64,000 nucleotides of DNA, taken from assembly GCA_963835575.1 (NCBI GenBank), contig CAWIGG010000002.1, positions 1,152,001-1,216,000 of the forward strand, in the 5' to 3' direction. Positions 10,865-21,311 of this stretch are shown one piece after another. The translations under genes and the position numbers were made by a program. Every line of letters begins with the position of its first letter. Position 1 is the stretch's first letter. The notes beneath the pieces are model-generated. The model saw nothing but the letters and a program-made list of their open reading frames with translations, was not told the DNA's origin and did not search any database. The stretch comes from an uncultured Spirochaetota bacterium (GTDB taxonomy: Bacteria > Spirochaetota > Brevinematia > Brevinematales > JAOACQ01).

Positions 10865-11584
10865 TTACCAGTTATCAAGCATGTCATCCGGATTCTGATT
10901 CTTTTCGCTGAAAAGATCCGTGTCTGCTGTTAAATAATCAAAATATGTAAAATAAGGCCTTCCCAGCAAATCATCAGGATCAAATTCTATTCTGAATCCT
11001 AAAAAAGTAATACCTCTATCTTCAGTAATTTTATAATTCTCCTGATCTATTGTATCCGGAATATTAATATTAACCTGTTTCCAACCTACCCAGATAAGCT
11101 TTTCCGCTTTTAGAAATTTAACATTATCCAAATAATCCTTTAAGACTAAAAACAACGTATGCTTAAAATTCCTCCCAACAACCCAAAGAGAAATAGTTTT
11201 AGTAATACCTTTAATCTTAATAGGTCTGGCAGGTGTAATACTGACCCAGCTCCAATCCCTTTTCATGAATTCAACTTTTATACCAAGGACATACTTGTTT
11301 TTATCAGAAACCAAATCTTTTGGTCCGCCTTCCCTTCTCATCGCAATGGCAACACCATAATCTCTGGGCATATAAGCGGCCCATTCTCCAGCTTCTTCAA
11401 AATCATCAACAAGGAGAGTCTGTACCAGTTCCGTTGCGACTTTTTTATCAGATGTTTCCGAAGCATTTGTATTTATCACTTCAAGCTCACCAGTTCTATT
11501 TAAATCGCTTTTACCCAATTGCTGTGAGTATGTTGTGCCGTATATCACTAAAAAGATAATAATAAATAAAACTTTCATCTTCAT
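10865..11584 (-). CDS. flaA: Flagellar filament outer-layer (sheath) protein FlaA
   Basis: Signal peptide, VDDFEEAGEW, YVLGIKVEF, KTISLWVVGRN, L.WVGWK, C-terminal DDMLDNW. Confidence 0.88.
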   Translation of the reverse strand: MKMKVLFIIIFLVIYGTTYSQQLGKSDLNRTGELEVINTNASETSDKKVATELVQTLLVDDFEEAGEWAAYMPRDYGVAIAMRREGGPKDLVSDKNKYVLGIKVEFMKRDWSWVSITPARPIKIKGITKTISLWVVGRNFKHTLFLVLKDYLDNVKFLKAEKLIWVGWKQVNINIPDTIDQENYKITEDRGITFLGFRIEFDPDDLLGRPYFTYFDYLTADTDLFSEKNQNPDDMLDNW

Positions 11585-11605
11585 ATTATTCTCCTCCATT
11601 TAAAT

Positions 11606-12427
11606 TTACCATCTGTTATTAGCCAGATCATCGCCGTTAAAGCGCTCAACATAGACATCCGTCTGAACTTGAAGATAATTAAAATAGCAATAAAATTGAT
11701 CTACTCTCTCCGACGGATAAGCCCAGAGCTTAATCATCTGGAGGCTCAAAGATTTTAAAAATGGAACATGATATTCAGCCTGCGGAATATAATCCGGGAT
11801 TTTAGTTCTAATGTTTTTCCATCCAATATAGGATATATCGCCAGCTGATAAGCGATGGAGGAAGCCTTTATAATCGGTTAAATAAAATTCAAGCCAGTAT
11901 TTATAATTTCCTCCCCAAACCCACATATCAAGACTTTTAATTTCTCCAGGCAGGATTAAAGGATTATTTTGACCTTTTTGAACAGTTTGATTTTGCACGC
12001 TATTACTTCCCGTGCTAACCTGGCTTTCGCTTCCTGCTTTTATTGGGAAAACCTCGATCCAGTTATATCCTTTTCTGATAAATTGAGCTTTTATTCCTAA
12101 TGACCATTTCTGCTTGGATTCAACATACTGCGGTAATCCAAGAGGCTTTGCCTGAATATAAGTCAGACCGCATGCATTTGTATCCGGTTCGCTCATTTCT
12201 TTATTTGGATCGGCTGGTTTTGCAAAACGTGAGAACTTTGAATCCCATTTAATATTATTTGATTGGTCAACATCATTACCAAAATCAGATACAACAAGAG
12301 TCTGTAAATTTACTGTTTCCTTCTCACCTGGTGAAAAAGTAAATGAATATAAACCTCCCGCACAAATAAATACTATCACTAAAAGCAAAAATAACCTTAT
12401 TAAACCAACATTTCCTTTGTATTCCAT
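11606..12427 (-). CDS. flaA: Flagellar filament outer-layer (sheath) protein FlaA paralogue
   Basis: SLGIKAQFIRKGYNWIEV, SLDMWVWGGNY, GDISYIGWKNI...IPDYIPQ, FNGDDLA. Confidence 0.88.
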   Translation of the reverse strand: MEYKGNVGLIRLFLLLVIVFICAGGLYSFTFSPGEKETVNLQTLVVSDFGNDVDQSNNIKWDSKFSRFAKPADPNKEMSEPDTNACGLTYIQAKPLGLPQYVESKQKWSLGIKAQFIRKGYNWIEVFPIKAGSESQVSTGSNSVQNQTVQKGQNNPLILPGEIKSLDMWVWGGNYKYWLEFYLTDYKGFLHRLSAGDISYIGWKNIRTKIPDYIPQAEYHVPFLKSLSLQMIKLWAYPSERVDQFYCYFNYLQVQTDVYVERFNGDDLANNRW

Positions 12428-12454
12428 AGACCTCTCCTTAGATCTTATTTTGCT

Positions 12455-12811
12455 TTATATAATCTGCTTCACTTTATTATCGTCATCCAGAGTGATAATC
12501 TTCGGTTTTATAACAGAAACTTCCTTTTCTTCAATCAGCCCGAATGATGCAATAATAACCCTGTCACCCACTCTGGTCAAATGAGCACCGGCTCCATTCA
12601 GACAAATTACCCCGCTTCCGGACTTTCCCGGAATAGCATAAGTAATCAGCCTGGTTCCATTTGTTAAATTCCATACATGAACCTGTTCATAAGGGTGAAT
12701 CAGTGCAGTCTTCATCAGGCTCTCATCTATGGTAATACTTCCTATATAATCCAAATTTGTTTCCGTTACAACAGCTCTATGTATTTTAGATCTTAAAATT
12801 GTCAGTTGCAT
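12455..12811 (-). CDS. panD: Aspartate 1-decarboxylase
   Basis: SKIHRAVVT, YIGSITID self-cleavage site, NGTRLITYAI, ICLNGAGAH. Confidence 0.95.
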   Translation of the reverse strand: MQLTILRSKIHRAVVTETNLDYIGSITIDESLMKTALIHPYEQVHVWNLTNGTRLITYAIPGKSGSGVICLNGAGAHLTRVGDRVIIASFGLIEEKEVSVIKPKIITLDDDNKVKQII

Positions 12812-12948
12812 CAGCAAATAAACCCACTCTTTATATTTATTTTAATATACAAAAAAATTTATGTAAAGGGTTTAAAAGTTATTTTTAGTTTTAATGCATC
12901 TTAATTATTTTTTTAATTTAAAAAGAAAAAATATAAATTTTTATTAAA

Positions 12949-13761
12949 TTAATTGAGTTTAATATAATATTTATCCGCCTTTAACCAATATCGGCCTTCT
13001 TTTTTTAAAACTTCAAACTTTGAATCTTTAAGTTTATAAGAGATATAAATATTGTAGTCATCCTTAGGCATAAAAATTTGTGAATTATTCATGCCATTCC
13101 AATATTTTGTAAACTGAGCCTGTCCATTGATAACATCAACATTTTTGACAGCTCCGATTAAATAATCATAACTCAATGGACTTTTTTTACCAACTGGAAG
13201 AGCATATATTTTAAAATCACAATATTTTACACTTTTTCCCTTTCCTAAAACGACAAAGGTCATTTTGATGTATTTTCTTGGAGAAGCTGTTTGATCAGTT
13301 AAATCATCTCCTATTTTTATTATTACATTTCCTTTTGTTGAAACTTTTGATTTTTCTTTTTCTGGAACTTCAATAGCTTCATCTTTAATTTCCTTTTCTT
13401 TATATACTTTATTTCCTTTTGAAGGAATGACTTTTTCATTCTTTTCAGGCTTTTTTTCAACTATTTGATTATCTTTTAAAGCATTCATTCCAACTTCAGG
13501 TTCAACCGGCAGTTTTGTGCTTTCTTTTACTTTTGGCTCTTCATTAGTCTGTATTTTATCTTTAATTGGTTCTGTTAAACTAATATTTGTATTGATAATT
13601 TCATTATTACTGATTGAATTCATATCATCTTTAATCAATTCGGTATAAATATCATTTGTTGCAGAGTTGATCTTTTTTCCAAAATTAAAGCTGAATTTCT
13701 TCTGACAGCCGCCGATAGTCATAAAAAGCAGTCCTATAAAAATGACTATAATTTTCTTCAT
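12949..13761 (-). CDS. Lipoprotein with Lys/Glu/Pro-rich linker and FlgD-Ig-like C-terminal domain
   Basis: Lipobox IGGC, low-complexity linker, WNGMNN...MPKDDY resembling the FlgD-Ig WDG...P.G.Y motif. Confidence 0.55.
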   Translation of the reverse strand: MKKIIVIFIGLLFMTIGGCQKKFSFNFGKKINSATNDIYTELIKDDMNSISNNEIINTNISLTEPIKDKIQTNEEPKVKESTKLPVEPEVGMNALKDNQIVEKKPEKNEKVIPSKGNKVYKEKEIKDEAIEVPEKEKSKVSTKGNVIIKIGDDLTDQTASPRKYIKMTFVVLGKGKSVKYCDFKIYALPVGKKSPLSYDYLIGAVKNVDVINGQAQFTKYWNGMNNSQIFMPKDDYNIYISYKLKDSKFEVLKKEGRYWLKADKYYIKLN

Positions 13762-13779
13762 GGATTCCTCCCAGGCTTT

Positions 13780-15078
13780 CTATAAGCCGATTTTTGAATA
13801 TCTATATGAATAAAGCATTGAGCCGCTCATCATTTTAGGATATATATTAATAGATTTATAGGGCATCCATTTCCCTTTATCAGCCAGTTCAAGAAGTTTA
13901 AACACATCAATGCTGTTAGTAAAAAAAGCCGCGGCATAAGAACCATTTTTTACTGCATTAAAAGCCTGATTATCTGAATAGCCATATCCGACTTCACTTT
14001 CGTATTGAGACTGGCTGATTCCCAGATATTTATTAAATATAGCCGAATCCAATATTTCCGTATCAGCGATATCATCTTTGACAGTTTGATCAAGGTTAAG
14101 AATAAAATATCTGTTTGTGAATCCTTTCATATAAATTCCATAAGAAATGGTTCCTCTGACTATACTGTCATTCAAAACCATCCTGATTTTTTTTCTGGCA
14201 AGTTTTTCTGTCTGTGCGTCGTTAAATGTAACTGCCGCTAATTTATATTGCTGACCGAGAGCTTTAATCAAATCAACAGGGTTTTTAATCAAATTCTTAA
14301 CAAGCCGGTTTACAGGATAAATACGCATTGCCTTATCATAAGCATTAAATAAAGTAACCATAATATAATTGAATTGTTCCTTTCCAGTATATTTTTCACC
14401 TTTTGCCGCCATCATTTCATTTTTATATTTTAAAGCGCTTTCATACCTGTATCCATCCATAACATAAAGTACTTTATCATTAAAATATTTTATAATTTCT
14501 TTATTTAAACTGCTATGCTCATACTTGTATATTTTATTTAAATTTCCATCACTGTCATTATACATAATCAAGCTGTTTTTCAATTCATTTTTTTTTGAAG
14601 TCAGCAATGAATTTATTTCATTTTTGCTATCTTTATAAAGGCAAACAACTGGCTCTAAATTAAATTGTGTTTCCTTTAAAAGAGCATAACTTTCTTCTGA
14701 ATATTTTTCGATTGTCTTTTCCTGCTTTTTTATCGTTCCATCATAATTTTCAATTTTTAACAATCCAATAATACCATATCTTTTATATTCAACCCCATCC
14801 AGCAATACAGTCTGCTCATTGATATAAAAAGAAGGTGATTTGTCAATAATCAATATATCCCTTAATAACCAGCCGAATAATTTGTGGACCGCATTCTTAT
14901 ATTTCCCGTTGTTTTCACCTTCAGAATATGTGATATTAGAAAAATTATTATTGCTTTCCCTGAGTTTCTTAACCAGGTCATCATTTAAATAATCTGTTGC
15001 GGGACATATTACTTCACTAATTTTATTTGTTTTTTCAGGATTATAGTAAACTCCGGAAAAAGTCGCAATTTCGGCCAT
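13780..15078 (-). CDS. DUF1015 family protein (divergent)
   Basis: MAEIATFSGVYYN start, LYVMDGYRYESA, MPYKSINIYPK.MSG C-terminus. Confidence 0.75.
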   Translation of the reverse strand: MAEIATFSGVYYNPEKTNKISEVICPATDYLNDDLVKKLRESNNNFSNITYSEGENNGKYKNAVHKLFGWLLRDILIIDKSPSFYINEQTVLLDGVEYKRYGIIGLLKIENYDGTIKKQEKTIEKYSEESYALLKETQFNLEPVVCLYKDSKNEINSLLTSKKNELKNSLIMYNDSDGNLNKIYKYEHSSLNKEIIKYFNDKVLYVMDGYRYESALKYKNEMMAAKGEKYTGKEQFNYIMVTLFNAYDKAMRIYPVNRLVKNLIKNPVDLIKALGQQYKLAAVTFNDAQTEKLARKKIRMVLNDSIVRGTISYGIYMKGFTNRYFILNLDQTVKDDIADTEILDSAIFNKYLGISQSQYESEVGYGYSDNQAFNAVKNGSYAAAFFTNSIDVFKLLELADKGKWMPYKSINIYPKMMSGSMLYSYRYSKIGL

Positions 15079-15334
15079 AATTACCCCTTCCAATAATAAA
15101 ATATTTCTTTTTTGATAAGCTGTTCAATTGAATTATTAATTCTTCTTAATTCCTTATCGGCAATTTATATATTATTGATTAACCGTTTCAATTTTTTCTT
15201 TGCTTTCACTATTTTTCAGTTATTATTATAATAAAAATTCATTAAAAAAACTATTTTATTTGTCATTTTTATTTCACTTGCAGATTTTTATAGAATGTGG
15301 CATACTATTTTACTAATTTTGCACAAGGTCTTAT

Positions 15335-15955
15335 ATGTTAAATATCATAGCGGCCACATTCAATGATGGTAAATTAAAAGAAATAAAACAGATATTAAAT
15401 TCAATAAATATAATTTCACTTAAAGATTTAGGATTTAACAAACCTTTAATAGAGAACGGAAAGACTTTTTATGAAAATGCACTGATCAAAGCTGAAATAA
15501 TACATGATTATTACAAAATTAAATATCAATATGCCTATGTTCTTTCCGATGATTCGGGTCTTGAAATTACAGCTCTTAACGGGAAACCCGGCGTCTATTC
15601 CGCGCGTTATGCCGGAGAAAATTCAACACAGGAAATGCTCATTGAAAAAGTATTAAATGAAATGAAAAATATTCCATCCGAAAGAAGAGAAGCGCGATTT
15701 GTCTGCTCTATGGTCTTATTTCCTCCAGAAAGAAAAATATATCACTCGGAAGGTTTTTGTGAAGGAAAAATAAGCGAAGTACCAAAAGGAACAAACGGTT
15801 TCGGATATGATCCCATATTTTTATTAAAAGAATATCATTACAATAAAACAATGGCGGAAATCTCCGATCAGGAAAAAAATAAACTTTCTCATAGAAAAAA
15901 GGCGCTTGACGGTATAAAAAAAATAATTAATCGGCAGGAAAATAATGGAAAGTAA
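15335..15955 (+). CDS. rdgB: Non-canonical purine NTP pyrophosphatase (RdgB/HAM1)
   Basis: GKLKEI, ENGKTFYENA, DDSGL..LNGKPGVYSAR, GFGYDPIF, SHR. Confidence 0.95.
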   Translation: MLNIIAATFNDGKLKEIKQILNSINIISLKDLGFNKPLIENGKTFYENALIKAEIIHDYYKIKYQYAYVLSDDSGLEITALNGKPGVYSARYAGENSTQEMLIEKVLNEMKNIPSERREARFVCSMVLFPPERKIYHSEGFCEGKISEVPKGTNGFGYDPIFLLKEYHYNKTMAEISDQEKNKLSHRKKALDGIKKIINRQENNGK

Positions 15956-16592
15956 AGATATACAGTTTCAAATAAATGCCTATCTTAAAGAGGAATGGGT
16001 TCAAATAAATTCAAATACTCATATTGGTCTTTCGGAGAAAGCCCTTAAATTAAAGGCCCTTGAAAATAATTGTTTAAAATGTACAAAATGCAATCTCTAT
16101 AAAACCGCGACGAATCTTGTATTTTCAGACGGCAGCCCTGAGGCCGGTCTTATATTTATCGGGGAAGCCCCGGGCGCTGATGAAGACGCTCAGGGAAAGC
16201 CTTTTGTGGGTAAGGCCGGTAAACTGCTTACTTCAACAATAGAGCAGTTCGGCTTACCGAGGAAAGCAGTTTATATCTGCAATATTCTTAAACACCGGCC
16301 CCCTGAAAACAGAAATCCTCTTCCTGATGAAATAACAGCCTGCACTCCCTATCTTGTCGAGCAGCTCAATATTCTTCAGCCGAAGCTTATTATTACATTG
16401 GGTAATTTTTCATCCAGATTTATTCTTAATACCGAGGAAGGCATTACCCGCTTAAGGGGAACAATAAAGCTTTCTCCTCTCGGTTATTCAGTCCTCCCTA
16501 CTTACCATCCGGCGGCCATCCTCCGTAATATGAATCTTCTAAAAGATTTTCAGAGCGACATTCAAACCGCTTTAAAATTCATCAATAATTAA
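15945..16592 (+). CDS. Uracil-DNA glycosylase family 4
   Basis: CTKC.L Fe-S cysteines, GEAPGADED, PFVGKAG, RPPENR, YHPAA. Confidence 0.93.
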   Translation: MESKDIQFQINAYLKEEWVQINSNTHIGLSEKALKLKALENNCLKCTKCNLYKTATNLVFSDGSPEAGLIFIGEAPGADEDAQGKPFVGKAGKLLTSTIEQFGLPRKAVYICNILKHRPPENRNPLPDEITACTPYLVEQLNILQPKLIITLGNFSSRFILNTEEGITRLRGTIKLSPLGYSVLPTYHPAAILRNMNLLKDFQSDIQTALKFINN

Positions 16593-16640
16593 TCTGTGTT
16601 TCAATTCTGATATGATGCTTGAATTACCTGTAAAACATCA

Positions 16641-18023
16641 TTATTCATTGATAATTTTCTGAAGAACAATAATATTTGTGTATTCTTCATATATTACCTG
16701 AAGAAAAGCAGTATTAGCCTGATAATAGGAAGCTTCCATGTCATTGACTTCAATTGAAGGCGAAGCTCCGGATTTATATCTCTTTTTCGAAAGTTCAAAA
16801 CCCAATTGCGCCTGGTTTTTAATATCCCGCTGACTTTCAATAATTATATTACCGTTACTTAACTGTTCTAATAAGTTTTTAACTTGAAAGGTGATAGTAT
16901 CCGTAGTCTGCTTTTTCAGCCATTCCAGTTTTTCAATATTATCCTGTGCTTCCTTTATGCTGTTCTCGGTTTTTGATATTGGAATCCAATCATCTATCGG
17001 CATCGTCAATTGGACACCGGTATTCCAGCCGGGGAGCCATTTACGGTCATTATCCATATAATTTTCTTTTTTTAAGTCATATTTATAGTTAAAAAAAGCG
17101 CTTACCACCGGAAGTCTTGATCCCTCAACTATCTTTTTATTCAGCTTTGCCATATCAATCGAATACTCAATAGTTTTAAATGTTAAATTGTTGGACAGGG
17201 CTTTTGAAAGAGCTGCGTTATAAGGAATATCCGTTTCAAGTGTATTTGTTATATTGAAAAAATTCCCTATGAATTCCACATCACCGGCATTATCAAAACT
17301 CAATTGCTCGCATAAGGCATTCATTGCTATTGACTCGGCATTATTCAATTTTAACAGCTTCGGGATATAAGTTTTATACTGGACTTCAGCTTTGATCTTA
17401 TCGTATTCGGATATATAGCCTCCTTTAAAATTTGATAAAATTTCATTATACCTTTCCTGAAAATGACTGACTAATTCTTCAGTCAGACGCACATTTTCCT
17501 TTAATAGAAATAGATTATAGAACAAAAGCTTTACGGCAGCCTCCACCTCATTTTGTTTGTCTTTCAGCCGGAGTTTCACCATTTCCAGATTCATTTTTTT
17601 AAGCTCCATTGAATTCCACAGCCTGAATCCTGAAAAGAGCGGTTTTGAAACGCCGAGGGTTACAGAATAGTTATCAAAAAAAGCATTTGTTATTTTATTC
17701 GTCTCTATAGTGATTTGAGGCGGGAAACCTGTGGCGGAAATATTCCCCGGAGAATCGATTATAGAACCTTCTATTGTAGTTGAATCTATATAATTCGCAC
17801 CCGCATTCAGGGCAATATCGGGTATCCAGAAATCGCCGACTGTCTGGGAATACTGCGCTTCGGCTATCTTTGCATCCGATTCATACTGCTTGATCTGCGT
17901 ATTATTCTTTAAAGCAATTTCCAAAGCGTTATCAAGAGTTATGGTGAGCGCTTCAGCCGAAATAAATTGATGAATGTCCAATAAGAATATAATAAAAATC
18001 ATATAAATTTTGATATATTTCAT
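16641..18023 (-). CDS. TolC-family outer membrane efflux protein
   Basis: Signal peptide, TLDNALEIALKNN, two OEP-like repeats; last gene of the exporter operon. Confidence 0.88.
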   Translation of the reverse strand: MKYIKIYMIFIIFLLDIHQFISAEALTITLDNALEIALKNNTQIKQYESDAKIAEAQYSQTVGDFWIPDIALNAGANYIDSTTIEGSIIDSPGNISATGFPPQITIETNKITNAFFDNYSVTLGVSKPLFSGFRLWNSMELKKMNLEMVKLRLKDKQNEVEAAVKLLFYNLFLLKENVRLTEELVSHFQERYNEILSNFKGGYISEYDKIKAEVQYKTYIPKLLKLNNAESIAMNALCEQLSFDNAGDVEFIGNFFNITNTLETDIPYNAALSKALSNNLTFKTIEYSIDMAKLNKKIVEGSRLPVVSAFFNYKYDLKKENYMDNDRKWLPGWNTGVQLTMPIDDWIPISKTENSIKEAQDNIEKLEWLKKQTTDTITFQVKNLLEQLSNGNIIIESQRDIKNQAQLGFELSKKRYKSGASPSIEVNDMEASYYQANTAFLQVIYEEYTNIIVLQKIINE

Positions 18024-18061
18024 ATACTGCTCCTTATAAAATACAGTTTGAATCAACTCAA

Positions 18062-18997
18062 TTAAACAAGTTTATCACTATGCTTCTTAACATTTGTTAC
18101 AAAAACATCTTCAAGGGTCGGATGGATCATATTCAGTTTGTATTTTTTAATATTTTTTTTATCAAGAGCCTCTTTTAACAGCGGATTAATTTTCAAGCCC
18201 TTTTTACAGAGAATATGAATATCGCTCCCAAAAATAGCGGATTCATCAATAAAGTCCAGCCTGCTGATAATATCAAAGACTTCTATAAAGTTATCTACTT
18301 TAACGGCATAAACATCAAAAGGCATATTGGACTTTAGATTTTCAGGAGAATCCAGGGCTATAATAACACCGCCCAATATCAGGGCTATTCTATCGCAATG
18401 TTCTGCCTCATCCATATAATGTGTAGTCACAAACACAGTCTTCCCTTCCTCTGCAAAAGAATAGATCAGGTCCCAGAAATTCCTGCGCATGATCGGGTCA
18501 ACACCTGAGGTCGGCTCATCAAGGAATAAAACTGGCGGATTATGTAGAATGGCTCCTCCCAGCGCCAGACGCTGTTTAATACCGAGCGGAAGGCTTTTGA
18601 CCATTTTATCTTTCACATCCTTCATTTCCGTCATTAAAGAAATTTCATCAATCCTTTTTTTTATATTACCTTCGCTTAATCCATAAATAGCTCCGAAGAA
18701 TTCCAGATTTTCCTTTACGGTCAGGTCATCATAGAGAGAAAACTTTTGCGACATATAGCCGATGCTTTTTTTAATACTGAACTGCTCTTTTACAATATCA
18801 AAGCCGTTGACATGCCCCCCGCCGGATGTCGGAGCGATAATACCGCAAAGCATTTTTATCGTAGTGCTTTTCCCGGCACCGTTCGGTCCGAGAAAACCGA
18901 ATATTTCCCCTTTATCAACAGAAAATGTAATATCATTGACGGCTGTAAAATGATCGAATTTTCTTGTTAAGTTATTTACATCCACGACAGCGTTCAT
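18062..18997 (-). CDS. ABC transporter ATP-binding protein (YbhF C-half-like)
   Basis: GPNGAGKSTT, LPLGIKQR, FLDEPTSGVDP, TTHYMDEAE. Confidence 0.95.
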   Translation of the reverse strand: MNAVVDVNNLTRKFDHFTAVNDITFSVDKGEIFGFLGPNGAGKSTTIKMLCGIIAPTSGGGHVNGFDIVKEQFSIKKSIGYMSQKFSLYDDLTVKENLEFFGAIYGLSEGNIKKRIDEISLMTEMKDVKDKMVKSLPLGIKQRLALGGAILHNPPVLFLDEPTSGVDPIMRRNFWDLIYSFAEEGKTVFVTTHYMDEAEHCDRIALILGGVIIALDSPENLKSNMPFDVYAVKVDNFIEVFDIISRLDFIDESAIFGSDIHILCKKGLKINPLLKEALDKKNIKKYKLNMIHPTLEDVFVTNVKKHSDKLV

Positions 18998-20148
18998 TAT
19001 TCAAGCCTCCTGTTGAACCTTCTCACACTCATGAAAAATAAAAAAAATCCGAGAATTGCCAGCGCGAGCAACTCCTTCCATAATTCAATAAATCCGGTGC
19101 CTTTTAAAAATATCCCTCTGACAATAGTCACAAAATATCTCATAGGGTTGATGAATGTAATATACTGCATCACATCCGGCATAGAATAAATGGGAAAAAT
19201 GAACCCGGAAAATAAGGTTGAGGGGAGAAAATAAAGAAAAGTTGAAAGAAGCGCTTCCTGCTGGCTTTTGGATATTGTTGATATATAAAGCCCGATGGAA
19301 ATGGTTGATAAAATGAAAAATAAAGAGGATATCAACATAAAAACATAATTCCCGTTAAAAGGAACTCTAAACCAGAAAATGGCGATGATTGAAATTATAA
19401 TAACATCAACAAAACTCACAATCATGAAAGGCAGGGTTTTTCCGGCTATCAGCTCAAAAGGCCGGAGCGGGGATACTATCATCTGTTCTATTGTGCCTGT
19501 TTCCCTTTCTTTTACAATTGACATTGCTGTCAGCACAATTGTAATAAGCGAGATCAATAACCCGAGTACGGCGGGCAGAAAGAAATTCCTGCTCGACAGA
19601 TCGGGATTGAATTGGATGCGTTCTTTCAAATCAATATTCTGCCTGAATTTAACTCCCCTGATATTCTTATTTAAAATAAGCAGTTTAATTCTATTATTAA
19701 AATAATTTAAAGAATACTGGGCCGTTATTTCATTGACATAAGAGACTATAACAGCAGCCCTGCTTGAATCTGTTCCGTCAACAATCAATTGAACCGTCGA
19801 AATCTTTCCGGCTTTTACCCTGGCTGAAAAGCCGCTGCTGATATGAAGAAAGACTTCCGCTTCGCCTTTATCCATGATTTCATTCAGCTCTTTCTGTGAA
19901 TTTAAATCCTTGTAAATATCGAAATAGCTGGAGCCTGTAAACTTGGATATCAGCTCCCGGCTCATAAAACTCATATCTTCATCCAGTATGACCATTTTCA
20001 CTTCTTTTACATCCGTACTGACGGCATAACCGAATAAAAGCAGAAGCAAAATAGGCGCCGCGAAAATCACAAGGCGCATCCTGAAATCGCGGAACATCTG
20101 CTTGAATTCCTTGATTAAAAAAGCTTTCAGTAAAGTTAATCGGATCAT
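18997..20148 (-). CDS. ABC-2 permease (YbhR-like)
   Basis: FGYAVSTDV, KERETGTIEQ, SGFIFPIYSMP. Confidence 0.93.
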   Translation of the reverse strand: MIRLTLLKAFLIKEFKQMFRDFRMRLVIFAAPILLLLLFGYAVSTDVKEVKMVILDEDMSFMSRELISKFTGSSYFDIYKDLNSQKELNEIMDKGEAEVFLHISSGFSARVKAGKISTVQLIVDGTDSSRAAVIVSYVNEITAQYSLNYFNNRIKLLILNKNIRGVKFRQNIDLKERIQFNPDLSSRNFFLPAVLGLLISLITIVLTAMSIVKERETGTIEQMIVSPLRPFELIAGKTLPFMIVSFVDVIIISIIAIFWFRVPFNGNYVFMLISSLFFILSTISIGLYISTISKSQQEALLSTFLYFLPSTLFSGFIFPIYSMPDVMQYITFINPMRYFVTIVRGIFLKGTGFIELWKELLALAILGFFLFFMSVRRFNRRLE

Positions 20149-20156
20149 ATTAAAAA

Positions 20157-21311
20157 CTAATCCTCCGGTAATTTCATTATTATATTTTTCAGACTGATAA
20201 GGCTTACTACCAGAGCAAAAATAAAAAGAAAAACGATCTGCGCCCAGAGGAGCGTATACCCTATCCCTTTTAAGGCAATGCCTTTCATGTAAATGATCAG
20301 ATACTTGGCCGGGATCAAATAAGTGATCATCTGGACAAAGAAAGGCATATTTTTAATGGGAAAAACATATCCGGATAATATTAAAGAAGGAAGATAAGTC
20401 AAAATGACCGCAGCCTGAACTGATAAAACCTGCGACCGTGTCGCCGAGGAAATCAATATGCCTAGGCTGGATGTACCGACTAAAAAGAGAAGAGCTACCA
20501 GGTATAATTCCACGAAACTCCCCCTGATCGGCGCTTGAAAAACAAAGTGGCCGATGCATACTGTCGCGATTAAATCAAAAAGAGCTATAAATACATAAGG
20601 AAATAGTTTTCCCAGGAATATTTCATGCCTGCGGAGCGGGGTTGTGATGAGGCTTTCCATCGTGCCCCTCTCCCATTCCCTGGAAATTGTAAGGGAAGTA
20701 ATAAGTGCGGAAATAATGGACATAATAATGACTATTATTCCAGGAACGATAAAATTCCGGCTTTTTAATTCTGAATTATACCAGATCCTGGCCCTCATAT
20801 CAACCGGCAAAGAAAGATCTGATATTCCATAAAGATTCATTTCACTGACTTTTTTAACCCTGTTAAACTCGAAAAGAATATTTTTTACATAACCGAGAGC
20901 GACCGTCGCTGAAGTCGCGTCAGAACCATCTACAATAAGCTGAACATCTGCTTTTTTTCCGGTTTTAAAATTTTTCTCAAAGTTCTCGGGTATGACCAGG
21001 GCCATAATGATATCGCCGTTATTGATCATCCTGTCTATTTCATTATAATTATTTACATAGGTATATAAAGTGAAGTATTCAGTATGGGAAAAATTATCCA
21101 GCAATTCCCTGGAAAGGGCCGTCCTGTCCTGATCATATACAGCCATACTCACATGTTTAACATCCATGGTGAGCGCATAACCGAATAGCAAGATCAGTAA
21201 AACCGGCAGAATAAGCGATAAAATCATGCTTCTGATATCCCGCCTGATCTGGATCCATTCTTTTTCGGCAATTACCAGTATCCGGCCTAATGATCTGATC
21301 AAACCCTTCAT
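20157..21311 (-). CDS. ABC-2 permease (YbhS-like)
   Basis: FGYALTMDV, REWERGTMESL; ATG 21311 overlaps the upstream stop (ATGA). Confidence 0.93.
   Translation of the reverse strand: MKGLIRSLGRILVIAEKEWIQIRRDIRSMILSLILPVLLILLFGYALTMDVKHVSMAVYDQDRTALSRELLDNFSHTEYFTLYTYVNNYNEIDRMINNGDIIMALVIPENFEKNFKTGKKADVQLIVDGSDATSATVALGYVKNILFEFNRVKKVSEMNLYGISDLSLPVDMRARIWYNSELKSRNFIVPGIIVIIMSIISALITSLTISREWERGTMESLITTPLRRHEIFLGKLFPYVFIALFDLIATVCIGHFVFQAPIRGSFVELYLVALLFLVGTSSLGILISSATRSQVLSVQAAVILTYLPSLILSGYVFPIKNMPFFVQMITYLIPAKYLIIYMKGIALKGIGYTLLWAQIVFLFIFALVVSLISLKNIIMKLPED

Noticed and set aside
15295..15315. TGGCAT upstream of rdgB as a sigma-54 promoter
   Set aside because: No GC at the -12 position
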